NCBI RefSeq assembly: GCF_037042905.1
Contig: NC_087251.1
Location: 20,152,001 to 20,216,000 of the forward strand
Length of the DNA stretch: 64,000 nucleotides
From: Lytechinus pictus
Lineage: Eukaryota
Reading direction: 5' to 3'
In this document: positions 13,560-26,509 of the stretch, piece after piece
Position numbering within the stretch: position 1 is the stretch's first letter
Layout: every line of letters starts with the position of its first letter
Position numbers and translations under genes: made by a program
Notes under the pieces: generated by a model
What the model was told of the DNA's origin: nothing
The model's input: the letters and a program-made list of their open reading frames with translations, nothing else
The model's database searches: none

Positions 13560-16500
13560 TTAATCTAAATGCTAAAATGTCTATTTCAAACAAAATATTA
13601 AAAACAAGGCTTGTGACTTTTCTCACTAGTCTGTTTGATTTTCTTTAGTTCAGTTTCAAGGACAAGTGCAAAGCTATGGAAATTAGATAATGATTTGACC
13701 AAAGATTGAACCATTGTGAATATTTATAAGTCAGATAGCTCAAATACAGGGAAAGGGGAATTTCCAAACTGAGCATTTTTTTAAAAATGGGTGCAGTGTC
13801 TGATACACTGACAGATAAATTATGAAATGACAGTACAAATTTGTTAAAATACTATAATGTATAATAATCAGTACTAAGATTGCATAGCCAAGTGATTTTC
13901 AAAGATAGTAAAAAACATTTTTTTTATTTAGAACAATTTATAGTCATCTATAATTTTTCTTTTCATCTTCCAAGCTGCATTTTCAATCATAAATATGTAA
14001 AATATTCAAAAATATAAGCTTATTTTAGTATACAAATTATTGACAACTTGTAATGAAGTATCTTTTTATTTTATAGGGAAGGGAGCAGGTATATAGCAGG
14101 GAATGAGTGGTCTAGTATAAAACGTCATTTCCCTATTTCCATGTCTGTTACTAAGTAATATCCATCGACAATGCGCAAAGGATGATACAGTATACCCCAT
14201 GTAAATGAATTGCGGCAGCACATATCCAATCAAAACCCAATTTAACAAAGTGTATTTGGGAGGATTAGGGAATGTAGCTGCTCCATCAGCTTTATGCATG
14301 AAGGTAACTCTAGATGCAGGCAAAACCAGGATTTGTCAGACTGAATTTCAGATTGGAACGCTTTCAATCTCGGAGGTTGCTATTTGTTTTTCTATGCATG
14401 ATACATATCAATTGTGCATTTGGTATGACTCCACCGGAGCCAGAATGGTGCTAAGTATGTGTCATTTATGCATCAAGGACCTTTAAAAAGAAAGCATAAT
14501 ATGATCTTTGAAGTCATCATTTACTTACCAACAAAAATTACAATTAAACCTGAATACATTTTCATATTCTAGCTGTTCTCTCTCTTGAATCGTAATCAAC
14601 AGTTTATAGTTTGTTTACATTATCAAAGCATTCCCAACTCTAAATGGTCCCAACCTGTGATTTCTTCAAAAAACATTAAACTGTTTGGTTAACATTCATG
14701 TCTTTGAATGCATTCATATTTGTCATTTTTCATTTAATCTAATTTTATCAAAAACACAGAATTACAAAAAAAATCTAACCTTTTAAAATGTCATCTTCAA
14801 CAGTGAAAGAGCAATCTATATACACATGATCTGTGTTCCGTTTTCAGCCTTTAACATGAATTGATGACCCAAAGCTATATATTATTCACCAGAGAGACTG
14901 ACTAATAAAACCCTCTTTATTACAGAATCATTCATGCCTGTACACATTACCCCAGAAAGCTTCCACTCTTTACTAATTCCGCTAATATTTTGCGCACATT
15001 TCCAATATTATATGATCACATGATAGCAGTTGAAGCCTTTTGCCTGCATCCTGGGGAGATATAGAGATAAGGCAAAATTCAATTTTCTTTTCTTTCCATA
15101 GGTCACAAATTACCATATAGGGTCCTGACTCATGATATATTATTTTAAAGGTACTCTAAAATTTCAAAATATCTTGTGGATATGTAAAAAGATGGAAGTT
15201 TTTATCCTTTTTGCTTGGTTCTTGGAGAACCACCATTTGAAAGACCAATTCCTTAAATTCTGTAAGCTTTGTTTTGAGTTTAAGTATCACACCAGTTCCT
15301 ACAGAAAATCACTAACTTTATAAACATATATCAGGCAGGGCCTACATGCGCTAATATCAACTTTTAAAATTGAATAATGCATCTGTCCATAACTCCATGA
15401 TCTCTCTTTTGATATGTGCTTATGTAAGCCCACTCATCATTTATCTATTTTCTCAATTCTTCATTCCATAGACACTGATCCACAGAGTGATAAGAAGTAA
15501 ATTGTGAAATTTATGCAATGATTGGCCCCAATATTATATTGCACTACACACTACCTTGAATTTGTGCCCCCCCAAAAAAGGGAAAGTTAAAATGCCAACC
15601 CTTCATGTATTACTTTTGTAAACAAGGAGTCAAGAAAATACCATTTCTATTGTGGTTCACTTCAATAGAAAATGCAAATGATACTTCAAAGTATCTCAAC
15701 AAACAACTCTTTTAGGATAAATCCTGACTTCAAATGTTTTGAAAGTGCAAGCAAAGGGTTTATGGTTGTGAAAGTCACTGAGGCTTGACTACTTGACTTC
15801 TACAATATACATTCCGATGTAAATAGAAGATCAAAAAGCCTTTGATTATCTGGGTAATGAAAATTAAGCCATGGGTAAAGTAAATTTTGATTAAAGATAA
15901 AGGACTGCAAGTAGCAAATAAAAAAAAAGTTCCATAAAAATCAGTAAAAAAAATAGAATAATAATCAACTTTTGAAAAGTATTAATTTACTACGAACAGT
16001 GCTCCTCAAATTGGCAGTTTAGGTTCAGAACTCTCCATTTGTTCTCTCTCAAGGTGCAGCTTGTCTGCATCTCAGCCTAAGATCTATAGGCCTACAGAGT
16101 TCCTATTAGATCTCATGATTATCACATATCATGGAGCTGGCTTTTACATTAGAGACATAGTGCAGAACATTTGCTATCAGTGCTGTTTACATTCTCAAAT
16201 TTCCTCTAATTAAACCCAATCAAGGAAAATTGCTTTAATCTGATTGCTAAAATTACATTAGGCTACATTTTTCACACTCTTTACCTACCGCCCCCTCCTG
16301 AATCTCTGGCATAGTCTCTGTCCATGATTAATGTGCATCCCCGGGGTAAATAGACCCCCCCACCCTCCCTCCCTCCCTGATCTGGGTGATGGGTGATGAG
16401 TGATATTGGGGACGGAGGAAGGGGTGATGTTGTTCGTGTCACTAGGCAATGGAACAAGCACCAGACTCCTGCTTTCTTCCAGCGCTTTACATTGCTGGGA

Positions 16501-19500
16501 TGCCATCTGCTGGTATATCACCCAATATATCATGCTGGAAAAACCCTTGCTAATGATGCATGTGGTAATGCTTTACAGTCTTGGTCATAACAATTTTCAA
16601 GCCAATGTCATTGTTGTATGTTATGTTTATAGAGTGGCTTATAACAGCATCGTGTACTGGGACCACTCTCACAGATGTGATGAAATGAAATCAGTCCAAA
16701 CTCCTAACCTTCGTTTTAAACAGTTGGCTATCATTGACACCCTTTCCAATCACCTGCAAAAACATCTGTGCCTGATCATCTGATTTTGTAAGTGGATATC
16801 ATCAATAATAATATGACCACTGCAAGTAAAAATATCGCACATACACTCTAGAACACACACAAAAAAGCAGTCCTACCATTATAAACTGTTCAAAGGACAT
16901 CTCATCAAATTATCCATGATTCAAATGAGATTGACGTCTTCTGGAGGGGTAAAAAAGCTTCTCACTCTTCAAATCTCAATACAAAACTTTACAACAGAGC
17001 ATGACTCTATGGAGTAAAGCAAACATCGATTGACAAACAGATGCCAGATACATACACTGTAATTTGTTATTGTTATCCATTTACAATGTCAAAATTCCAT
17101 GCATTTATGGAATTCCTTATCCTTGGCTCATGGCCATTTTAAACTTAAGCACAAAAGATCAAAAATCCCAATATTAGAAAACCTCAAGTGCTGTATATCT
17201 CAAAAGATAATCAGAGGATCCATAAACTTAGACACATAGAAATTAATCTATATATCAATGTTTGCCTATTAATTATAAATTAAATATGGTAATTCATGTT
17301 CTTAAATAATTATCATGATCAAGGCATCAAACATTATTTCGTTTGGATCAAATTAAACAATATATTGTACCAGCATTTAAGCTAACCTTATGTTAATTAA
17401 AAAAAAAATTACATTCTATATAGAAGGATAAAGTAACATTTCTCTCAATTGATTTAAGACGAATACATGACCTACATGTTTAATTAATCTTTTACATGAA
17501 GAATATTATGATGCCAGCTGTAATTGAGGCATATTTCATTATGCTTCAGTGACATTGAATGTATGAGTCATGTGACAAAAGCACTCATTCACATTCAAGC
17601 AACATGAATGCCAAAGCCATGCCATCTAACCAAGCCCTTTTCTCATTTTCTCTCTGGCTCTCGTTACAAAACAGTGCAGTGTTCATCTCAATTACAGTCT
17701 GGAGGGTGCATTACCACATGTATGAACTTAATTTCAATGAAGAAGGACTTTTTAGAGGTATCTCTGAACAAAAAAAAGCAGTGCAATTGGTGCCTTAATT
17801 GGTAGCAAGCAATAGGATTACAATATAAGTATAACAATAAGGTTGCAACAAATTTTAAGATTCAAGAAGATAAACTTGCCTATTCTGAATCAACTAAAAT
17901 CTGAATAAACTGAATGTGGAAAATAGTTCAATTTGTACACTGTATGACCAACACAATTCATGTCAAAAATAATATCTTTGATTTGTCTCACCAAATTCAT
18001 AGCAAAATGAACATGCAAGCTTGAAAACAATCCAAGGGTTTTCACACAACAGAAAATGATATCTGCTCTTGTGTGAAAACACCCTTTGTAGCATGAATGT
18101 TGCGCTGAGAATACTTCTTGAAATGAAACTCCAGAAGACAATTCATCCTCAATCCCCAGATCAATTTGACATATTGCCTATGGTGATGACAGATCAATTA
18201 GCAATGGTAAGAATTTCAAGAGATCATTACTTCCTACGTACAGCTATTTGTTTTGCAGAAAAAAGAAACATCCTGCTTGATATTTATTCGTAACACTGCA
18301 TTTCAGATGTTCCAAAAAATATTTGCATTCATTACTTGCATTATATTTTCTCTTCAATTTAAGGAGACTGATCTAATAATGCAACGCATATCAACGTACT
18401 GCATAAACTATGGAGGTACTAGATCCATGCTTGAACTTGGGGGAAAGTCCACATTCTTCCCCCCAAAAAATGCATATTCTGTGTTCTCTAGTAACATGTG
18501 CAAATTATACGAAAAAGCAATTACAAATAGTATGCATGTAATTCCATTACATACATTACATGTGTGACATTGCTCAAAAGTTTGGTGGGCAGATTTTCAG
18601 TTGAGGCAGGGTTTTGCCTTGATTTTCATGATTTTCACTTTATATTTCATAATCCAGACCTAAAAAAATGATTTTCTGTGAAATTATGTTAATTCCATGT
18701 TCTTCCTGAATTCCAGTAGTATATCTGTATTGGGCAAAATATGAGACTTTGTGATATTGCCATGCAGGAAATGTCAAGAATTTGCTATCTTCAGTTTTGG
18801 CTCAGGAGCATTGGGTATTGACATTCTGGGATTAATGCTATTACAAAATAAAATATGCTTTTAATTTTCTACTATTATAAAGTGTGATTTATTGAAAAAA
18901 AAATCAACAACTATGAAAAAGTGTAGGTGGACACATGTCTATCTTCTAAATTTATTTTTCAACCTTCAAACCAATTGCCTGTCTTTTTACTATTTACCTG
19001 AATAACCACAACTGATGAATAACCACCATATCACAGCTATAGGAATTACATGCATCATTGGAGAGATAGAATCATTCTGGCATGAACAGCAATATATTAT
19101 CTATTCAGAAACAGAAAGGTGGTATCTCCCATGTTGACATATATAATAAGTAATACCTCCTTGCTCTGAAAGGAAATATTGTGGTTGGCAGAAGAGATTT
19201 CAATTAGAGTCAGATCTTGTTGGTAAATATCTAAGTACATAGAGACCTACCTGCTAAATTCATACTGTATAGCATGGGAATGCTGTGTAAAATCTGAATA
19301 TCACAAAGAAAATCAAACAAAACTAAATTAAACAAAACTTCTTCTTTTTCTATGAAGGCATCTCCAATCATATTTTGACGACAAATACTTTGATATATAG
19401 GTTAACTCGGATCTCCCTGAATGTGCAAAAGTCATCATACAGCTTGGAAATGTGCCTGTCAAATGTTTGCTAAATAGTCCCAGTGGGTATATGTATAAGA

Positions 19501-19893
19501 GTTAACATGACTGCTATTCTTCTTAGCAGTGTCCTGGTATTGACCTAGGAATTCTAGACTTTCATTCATTCATTGAGTCAGTCATATGGAATTCAAATCT
19601 CAATTGGCACAAAACCAAACGTCTAGTCCTCTGATTCACAATTAATAACTAATCCTGTCTTTGATGTCTGTCTCATTATAGCAAATGGCCTTTATTAAAT
19701 CCTCTCACTGGCTGTATAAAGGCTGGACGTGAGAAAGTGACACCTGACGAAAGACGTGATTCTTCAATGCATATGAAAAACCCTCTGATTTCCAGTCGCT
19801 TCTCTATTAATTAAAAATCTGTTTGGCTGTACCGATGGTGACATTGATTTTTTCTTATGCTTGTGTTCCAGGGACCTATCTATACTCAACCTG

Positions 19894-20075
19894 GTGGGTG
19901 TTTCATAAAGCTGTTGGTTAAGTTAAGAGCGACTTTAAGAACGACTGGTGAACCTTTCTTATGCGCTAAATAATCACCAATGAACATAATGGTGAACATC
20001 GTTTACCAAAAGAAAGGATCACCAGTCGTTCTTTAAGTTGCTCTTAACTTACCAACAGCTTTATGAAATGGCCCA
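19894..20075. mobile_element. Palindromic MITE of about 180 bp
   Basis: Arm tttcataaagctgttggttaagttaagagcgactttaagaacgactggtgaacctttctt is inverted at 20009-20068; CTG/CAG flanks. Confidence 0.85.
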
Positions 20076-20209
20076 CAGATTTGAAATTCATACATAATCT
20101 GAGCTCCTTTTATCTGATGTACAAGAGTTGAAATACTACAAATGCAAGTAATAATGGTGATGATACTTCTTGTTTTTAGCACCTCTAAATATTCATTATA
20201 AAAATCAAT

Positions 20210-20283
20210 ATGATGATGAAGATGATGAGGATGATGATAATGATTATGTTGGTGATGATGACGATGCTAATAGTGATGATGAT
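20210..20283. repeat. Imperfect (GAT)n microsatellite
   Basis: gatgatgaagatgatgaggatgatgataat... Confidence 0.9.
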
Positions 20284-23200
20284 TATCTAGACCTAGTGGT
20301 TCTTAGACAGGAAATTCATCCACTAATTTACATTGTGATTTTGGGTGACAAAACCTTGAGTTGTATCTATTTAGACCCCCCCCCCCAAAAAAAAAAAAAA
20401 ATAATAATAACATGGCTGCCATAAAATGGTTTCAAATCAATAGTATTCCCTTTGATGTGGTATAGCTGCTTCATTTTTCAAATAAAAGAGCTGGGATTTT
20501 AAAACATATCACTTGATACAGTATCTAGTTTGAGATGAGATACTGTCATACCAGTGATAATAGAATAATAAGATGACCATGAAGTTCAAAAGAACTAATT
20601 CAGATGAATGAGGATGCAAGTTTACAAAAAGAATGTTACTATTGAATAATTTAAAGTATTATACAAAACCACTTATACTACAATAGAAAAATGAAATCTA
20701 AAGAAGATATGAATATCATGTAAAGTGAAAACTCGACCTTTTCCCCAAACTTCATGTAAATCATATCCTTTTTTCATGAAAAGAAATGAAAATGGTCACA
20801 AAAAATATTCATTGCGAGAGTAGAGTATCCCAGGCTTTATTGTGGACTAAGGTAGCCTATTGAGTTCTAGCCTAGACCTTACAGTGAACTTTCTCAGCTG
20901 GTATAGTGACTAAGCTAAAACAGGAACATACCACTTAGTCCCACGGACAAGATTGCATGTATAGTTTTGGGGACAACAGTTTTCCTTTTACCGGAAAATA
21001 CCATTAGATGGCATCAGGTGACAATGCATTCAACGTCAAAAACAAGCCACGTGGTGGTATGTCATGTGATGAGATACACATGTGACTTACAAGGAATGTG
21101 ATGTGTATGATATCATTGTCGGAAATGATGTTATCACATTATGCCTACATTTCAATATTTTATTTCACATTTAAGTTCTACTCTAAAAAGGATACATATT
21201 TCAAATCCAATAGACATCTATGTCAGTCATAAATTAAAAATTGTTCTATTTTGATAGTTGAAGTAACTTATTGGACTACAGATATGATCATTCAGATTCA
21301 GAAACATATTCCATGTTCTACCTTAATACCTAAACTGTATTACTTTCTGATGTTGTGAGGGTTTGTGTCATAGACATGGGATTAGAGTAACTATGTTCCC
21401 GAGGTCCTGCTAATACATTAGCATGCAACATGCATACACAAGGCTAATTAAAATTGATCCAGGGATGTACGGGTACATTAGCCAGAGCAAAAACAACCCC
21501 ATCACAACAATAAACAGCTTTTACCACATAGCGGCTTGTGGCTTTAAGGCATGGCTTCTCGCCCACTCCCACAGCTAATTTCTTTACCTCAAAGAAAATC
21601 AAATTTTATGCCACAGCTATGGCAGTATGTTCCTACTGTATACCATTTGTAACCTTATTTAATTTATGTTTCTCTCTCTCCCTCTCTCATGATTTAAATA
21701 CAATATATGATCCACATGCCAAGCTCCGCACTATCCACTGACTCAATTTTGGGCTGGGTAAGTATTTTTTTCTTCTCAGCCTTGCCCCCCTTCCTGCTTG
21801 AAGTACATGTGCCTATTGATTTACATGCAGGTAATATCATGATGAATAAATTGAAGAAGGCTTGACTTGAGACCACCACGAAGCCATTTTATGAACGAGG
21901 CCATGAAACCAAACTAAATCAATGATATCTTAAATGAAATATATAGCAGAGACGCTAAATGGAGCCATATTTAATTACATATCACATCGAACTTCCCATC
22001 TTTTTTAAAACACATTTATTTTTATCATTGAAATTCAATGCTGATACCTTAACATCTATTGTTGAATTATGAAAACAAACAAATACAATTTTTAAGGAGG
22101 GGGTGTGAGTAAGGGTTATTGATGCTATTATATCTAAAGGAGAATAATCAATGAGTAAACATAGAATTCATTTGAATAAATTTCTGACTAAAATTAAAAA
22201 AAATATATTGATTATATTGATAAACTATCAATATTTTACAGATAATCTGCTGTAGTGAATTTTTAATATCATCTTGATTCAATGAATTTGACATGCAGGT
22301 TAGGTCTATTACCTGCAAGCTTTTAAATGGCCTGACTGCCTGACCCACTTTCAGTTAGTCTATTCACTTAAACTAAGTAGGCTCCTCGGGATGTATGCCT
22401 ACACGAATCCAATAATATACACATGAATGAGCATTTACCCATCCTTATCCACCTCTTTAGAATACAAAATGACAAAGACCTATATTTGAAGAGATAAAAA
22501 ACTTTATGAGGATAAGGGAAGAAGAGATGGCATTGATTGGAGAAATTTTTTTTATTCATTTTGAGGAAATTAAATATATTATAAGTACTTGATGGAGGAC
22601 ATACAAATACAAACAGACTGGGTACGGAGGAAACATGTATTAAAATAGAAAAAGTTTTAAGAATATGTGACAGTGAGAATAAGACCGAAGAAAACAGGAG
22701 AGATAAAGGGGGCCAGGTGAACATTTTGTAGTTGAGAGCAGTTTTTATTAATATGGTAAGCAGATTCATGATGACAATGGTTGGCTGATTCAATGAGAGT
22801 CAAATAAACTTGACATTTTGCATTATTCTGCATTACTGGTTCCATCACGGAACAACCTTGCCACTGAAACTTATTTCCTCCATAGGCCATGTTCACACAA
22901 ACATTTTCTAACCCTTCAGCTGCTGTTTTAATAACTGATTGATAAGCATTTTGAAACATGATTCTGCAGCACTATAGCTATAAAATTTGTTGAATGCAAC
23001 AGAAATCTCAAAAGTGATTTGAAGACATTGTTTAAATGGCCTGCTTTGGGTTCAGACATGCATTGCATACACTCCAAGTTGATCAATAATTCCAAGGCTA
23101 AATTGTGCAGTATAATGCGCATTGCAATGTCTTGGTGCTATGAGAGAAAATCAGCACTAACAAAAATTCACGTGAACACCCCCCCCCCTCTCTCTCCTCT

Positions 23201-26200
23201 GTTTGGTGTTGCTGCTTTAAAGATTTGTGATTCGAGCCTAAGAAGTTCATGTGAACACCACTGTAATTGAAAGGCCTCATCCTGTTTACCAATTACTGGA
23301 GGATCTTCTTCTCTACATCATGGATCTCATAATAACAGCAAAGAAGAAAATATACAATCTGAATTCTGATAAAAAATAATTGAAGGTTTGTAGTGCAGAG
23401 ATGTGCAGTGGCAGTAAATAAATGTGATGGGAAGCTATATATGAATCTATGACTGTAAGTAGAGAGAACGGGTGCATTTAAAATGCTGATGAGGATCATA
23501 AACCATGCTACCCTAAGGTATGTATGAAATGTTACCAATTGCCTATTGCTATCTTTTGAAAGTAGCAATAGCAAGTGAAATTAAAACCCAACCAGTGTTT
23601 AATGTGTTTGAGAGACCAATAATATAGCACTAAAATATTCGGGGAAAATTAGGATATTAATGTATTAAACTTGGAATGTCTAGTGATAAAGTTTTGGTAC
23701 ATTTGTTCATCTGAACAAAATCATGTATGTGTCAGAGCATGGGATGAAGTGCGATAGTAATCGTCGATATACAAGATAGGAGCAAACATACAAAAATAGA
23801 AGCAGCCAGTCGGTGATGGAACACACATGCAAATGAATTGGGGATAGGGAAAGGGGAAGGTAGAAAACACTGTTTGCATTTGATTTAGGAATTATTAGTT
23901 GTTTGTGACCTGCCTGACAGGATTTTGAACTTCAGATGAAGAAATGATTGATGATGGTACCCAGAAATAATGGATGGGTGGATTCAAAGAGGCCTTCTCT
24001 CAGAATATTAGTAATCCAGATCCCTCACCAATTAATTTTGATTTATATACTCAATTGTTAGCAGACATTATGATAACATGAAGTATCCACATTAATAAGA
24101 CACCAAGGGGACATACAAGGTTTACTACAGTGAAATTGAAAAAAAAAATAATGGTACGTAAAAGTGGAAAATTGAATAACTTGTCCATGATGCAACTCTT
24201 ATCAAAGCAATGATATATTAAAATATTATAGAATTCTACACATTCAAACTGTTTTCTCCTCTATTTTATTTGTCAAAACATCACTCAAAAGTTTAAATCC
24301 TGTTATCATTCTGTGTCAAAATGTGTTTTGTTTTTAGTGATCCACAATCAGAACAGGGCAAGTTCACTCGGTTTCTATATATATCACATTACATCATCAT
24401 GCAAAGAACATGTTTCGTAACCCCGCCATGGTGCTGACTAGCAGATCTTGCTATGTGGAAAATCCTTTCTGCCAATATACGGATAAAACATGGAGGATTG
24501 GATGAAAGCAGGGGAGAAAGCAGTGTGTTCATTAGGAAGATGAGCCTAGTAGAGAGGCAATTATCATACGCTGTCACAAACAAATTTGTATGGTGTTGGT
24601 TTATGCATGGGTAATTAAGCAGTCGAGTGGCATGGAAGGAAGAAAAGGACATAAAGGGAGGTCATTTATCTTGGAATAAATGGCATCATAGAAATTAAGC
24701 ATGCTCTGTTTCAGTTTGTTTGAAGTATGGAATGCTTGTTTTATTAGCTGCATGTCATGGGCCAATAACAAATCACATGTATACTGAAACTTTTCATTTT
24801 AAAAACATAAAAAATATACTCTAAAGCATTTGTGTTTGTTTTATACACATTCCCATACATTTCTGCAAAGATCTGATTGGAAAATGTAATAGTTATTTGA
24901 TAGTTAAATTTAATTTATTAAAAATGTAACAAAAGAGGCATTCTGTGAACAGTGATACATTAGACCTTACAAAAAAAAGATATAGCACCATCACCTTGGA
25001 TGGAAAACATTGGTTTTGAATCACGTAGAAGACAGCAAAATAATTTTACTGGAGTATATTTGACATCTGATATGAACAATCATCCCAGTATCTCCTTTAC
25101 TTGGTGGTAGTGCCTCCCTTTGTAAACTGCACTCAATTATATTACAAGGGCCAGATAAGGGCAACAGCAAATGGTAGGTCACATGAATATAAAATATCAT
25201 GCTTTAATTGGAATAAATCATAACTAGATATCAATTTATCTACTAGTATATGCTTTTCATATGTATACATGTCCGTTAAGTACCTCATCAGGATAACTTG
25301 AATTGAATTGGCCTGAATAGTTGAAATGTTATAGAAAGTCCTAAAACATGCAAATATAGATTTCTATTTTAACTGTACTTTGTAATTCTAACCTCAATTA
25401 TTTAATCAAAATAATCTCACTCCAAATCACTTAACTGAGTGGACATATTTTCTGTAATTTTCACTTTATTGCATAATTAATATGTTCTTTTGATATCCCT
25501 TCCCCTATGCACAACATAAATCATCCATAGCATAGGCCTTCACTGTTTATTACTGGAAACTTATACAAGAAGGATGGGGGATGCTTGTCCCATTCTACCC
25601 CTTCTGTCGAGATGCGCATCCAAGCATAAGGGTGATGCAGCTGCCAAGGCAGCCCCATCTCGCTGCATATAAATCCCTGGAGTCTCTCCCTAAGATCTCC
25701 CGCTGATGAAGCTAGCCAAGTGTCTACCGGGAATATTAATGGAGGGGGCCTCTCTTCAATGATGCAGGGGGTAAGATGTAGAAGAGGATGACTAGTAGTC
25801 TTTGGATACAGGCTTTTAAACAAATATTCACTAAGTTACATGTATTTCCACCTATTGAATGTAATGCATAACGGAAGGAAGAGTCTGTACTGCAACTATA
25901 ACTCCAGCAGGGCGTTACTATTATCCACAGATTATTCCCTAAATCAGAATGCCTGGATAGACTAGGAGTGTCTGACACCAAAATAAAGTGCAATGTATGT
26001 TATTTATCCCTGCATTCTCTGATATTGTCAAAATAACATATGCGCATTAATCAATCACTTTTGGTAAATCAGGTCCCTGGGATATCTGGGGGTAAATTGC
26101 TCAACATATCATGAAGAACTTATTCAACAAAAAGCACAGAACTTGGTTGTAACATTAAAACAGATAAGAACTTGTTGGAAAAAATGCAATGTTTTAACAT

Positions 26201-26436
26201 CTAAGATGCATGCATAGGCCTACACATCTGACGCATTGCATTTTAGGTGAATGAAAAGTACAATGACACAACAGGTAATCAAACTGATAAAACGTAGAGG
26301 TGTAATAATTACACTTAGTAATTCCTAAGATAACAGTAACAGTTGTAATGTAATCTGATGTAATCACCAAGTCTGTGTGGGAGTTAAGAGTATGGGGAAA
26401 CAGGTTTCTTCATTATGGATAGAATGGCTATATTAA

Positions 26437-26509
26437 CCCATTGACCACTGGATTCTGTAATTTCCATAGGCTATTTTAAAAGGACTGCATGGATCCATTA
26501 GGCAATGGG
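26437..26509. mobile_element. 73-bp TTAA-flanked mini-element with CCC...GGG ends (piggyBac-like)
   Basis: TTAA|cccattgaccactgga ... tccattaggcaatggg|TTAA; relatives at 46822-46893 and about 54394. Confidence 0.6.

Noticed and set aside
20170..20424. Acidic Asp-rich ORF
   Set aside because: It is the translation of a (GAT)n microsatellite plus poly-C and poly-A runs.
22148..23574. Cluster of 64-141 aa ORFs
   Set aside because: These are low-complexity F/L/I-rich translations typical of AT-rich non-coding DNA, with no recognisable domain or exon chain.
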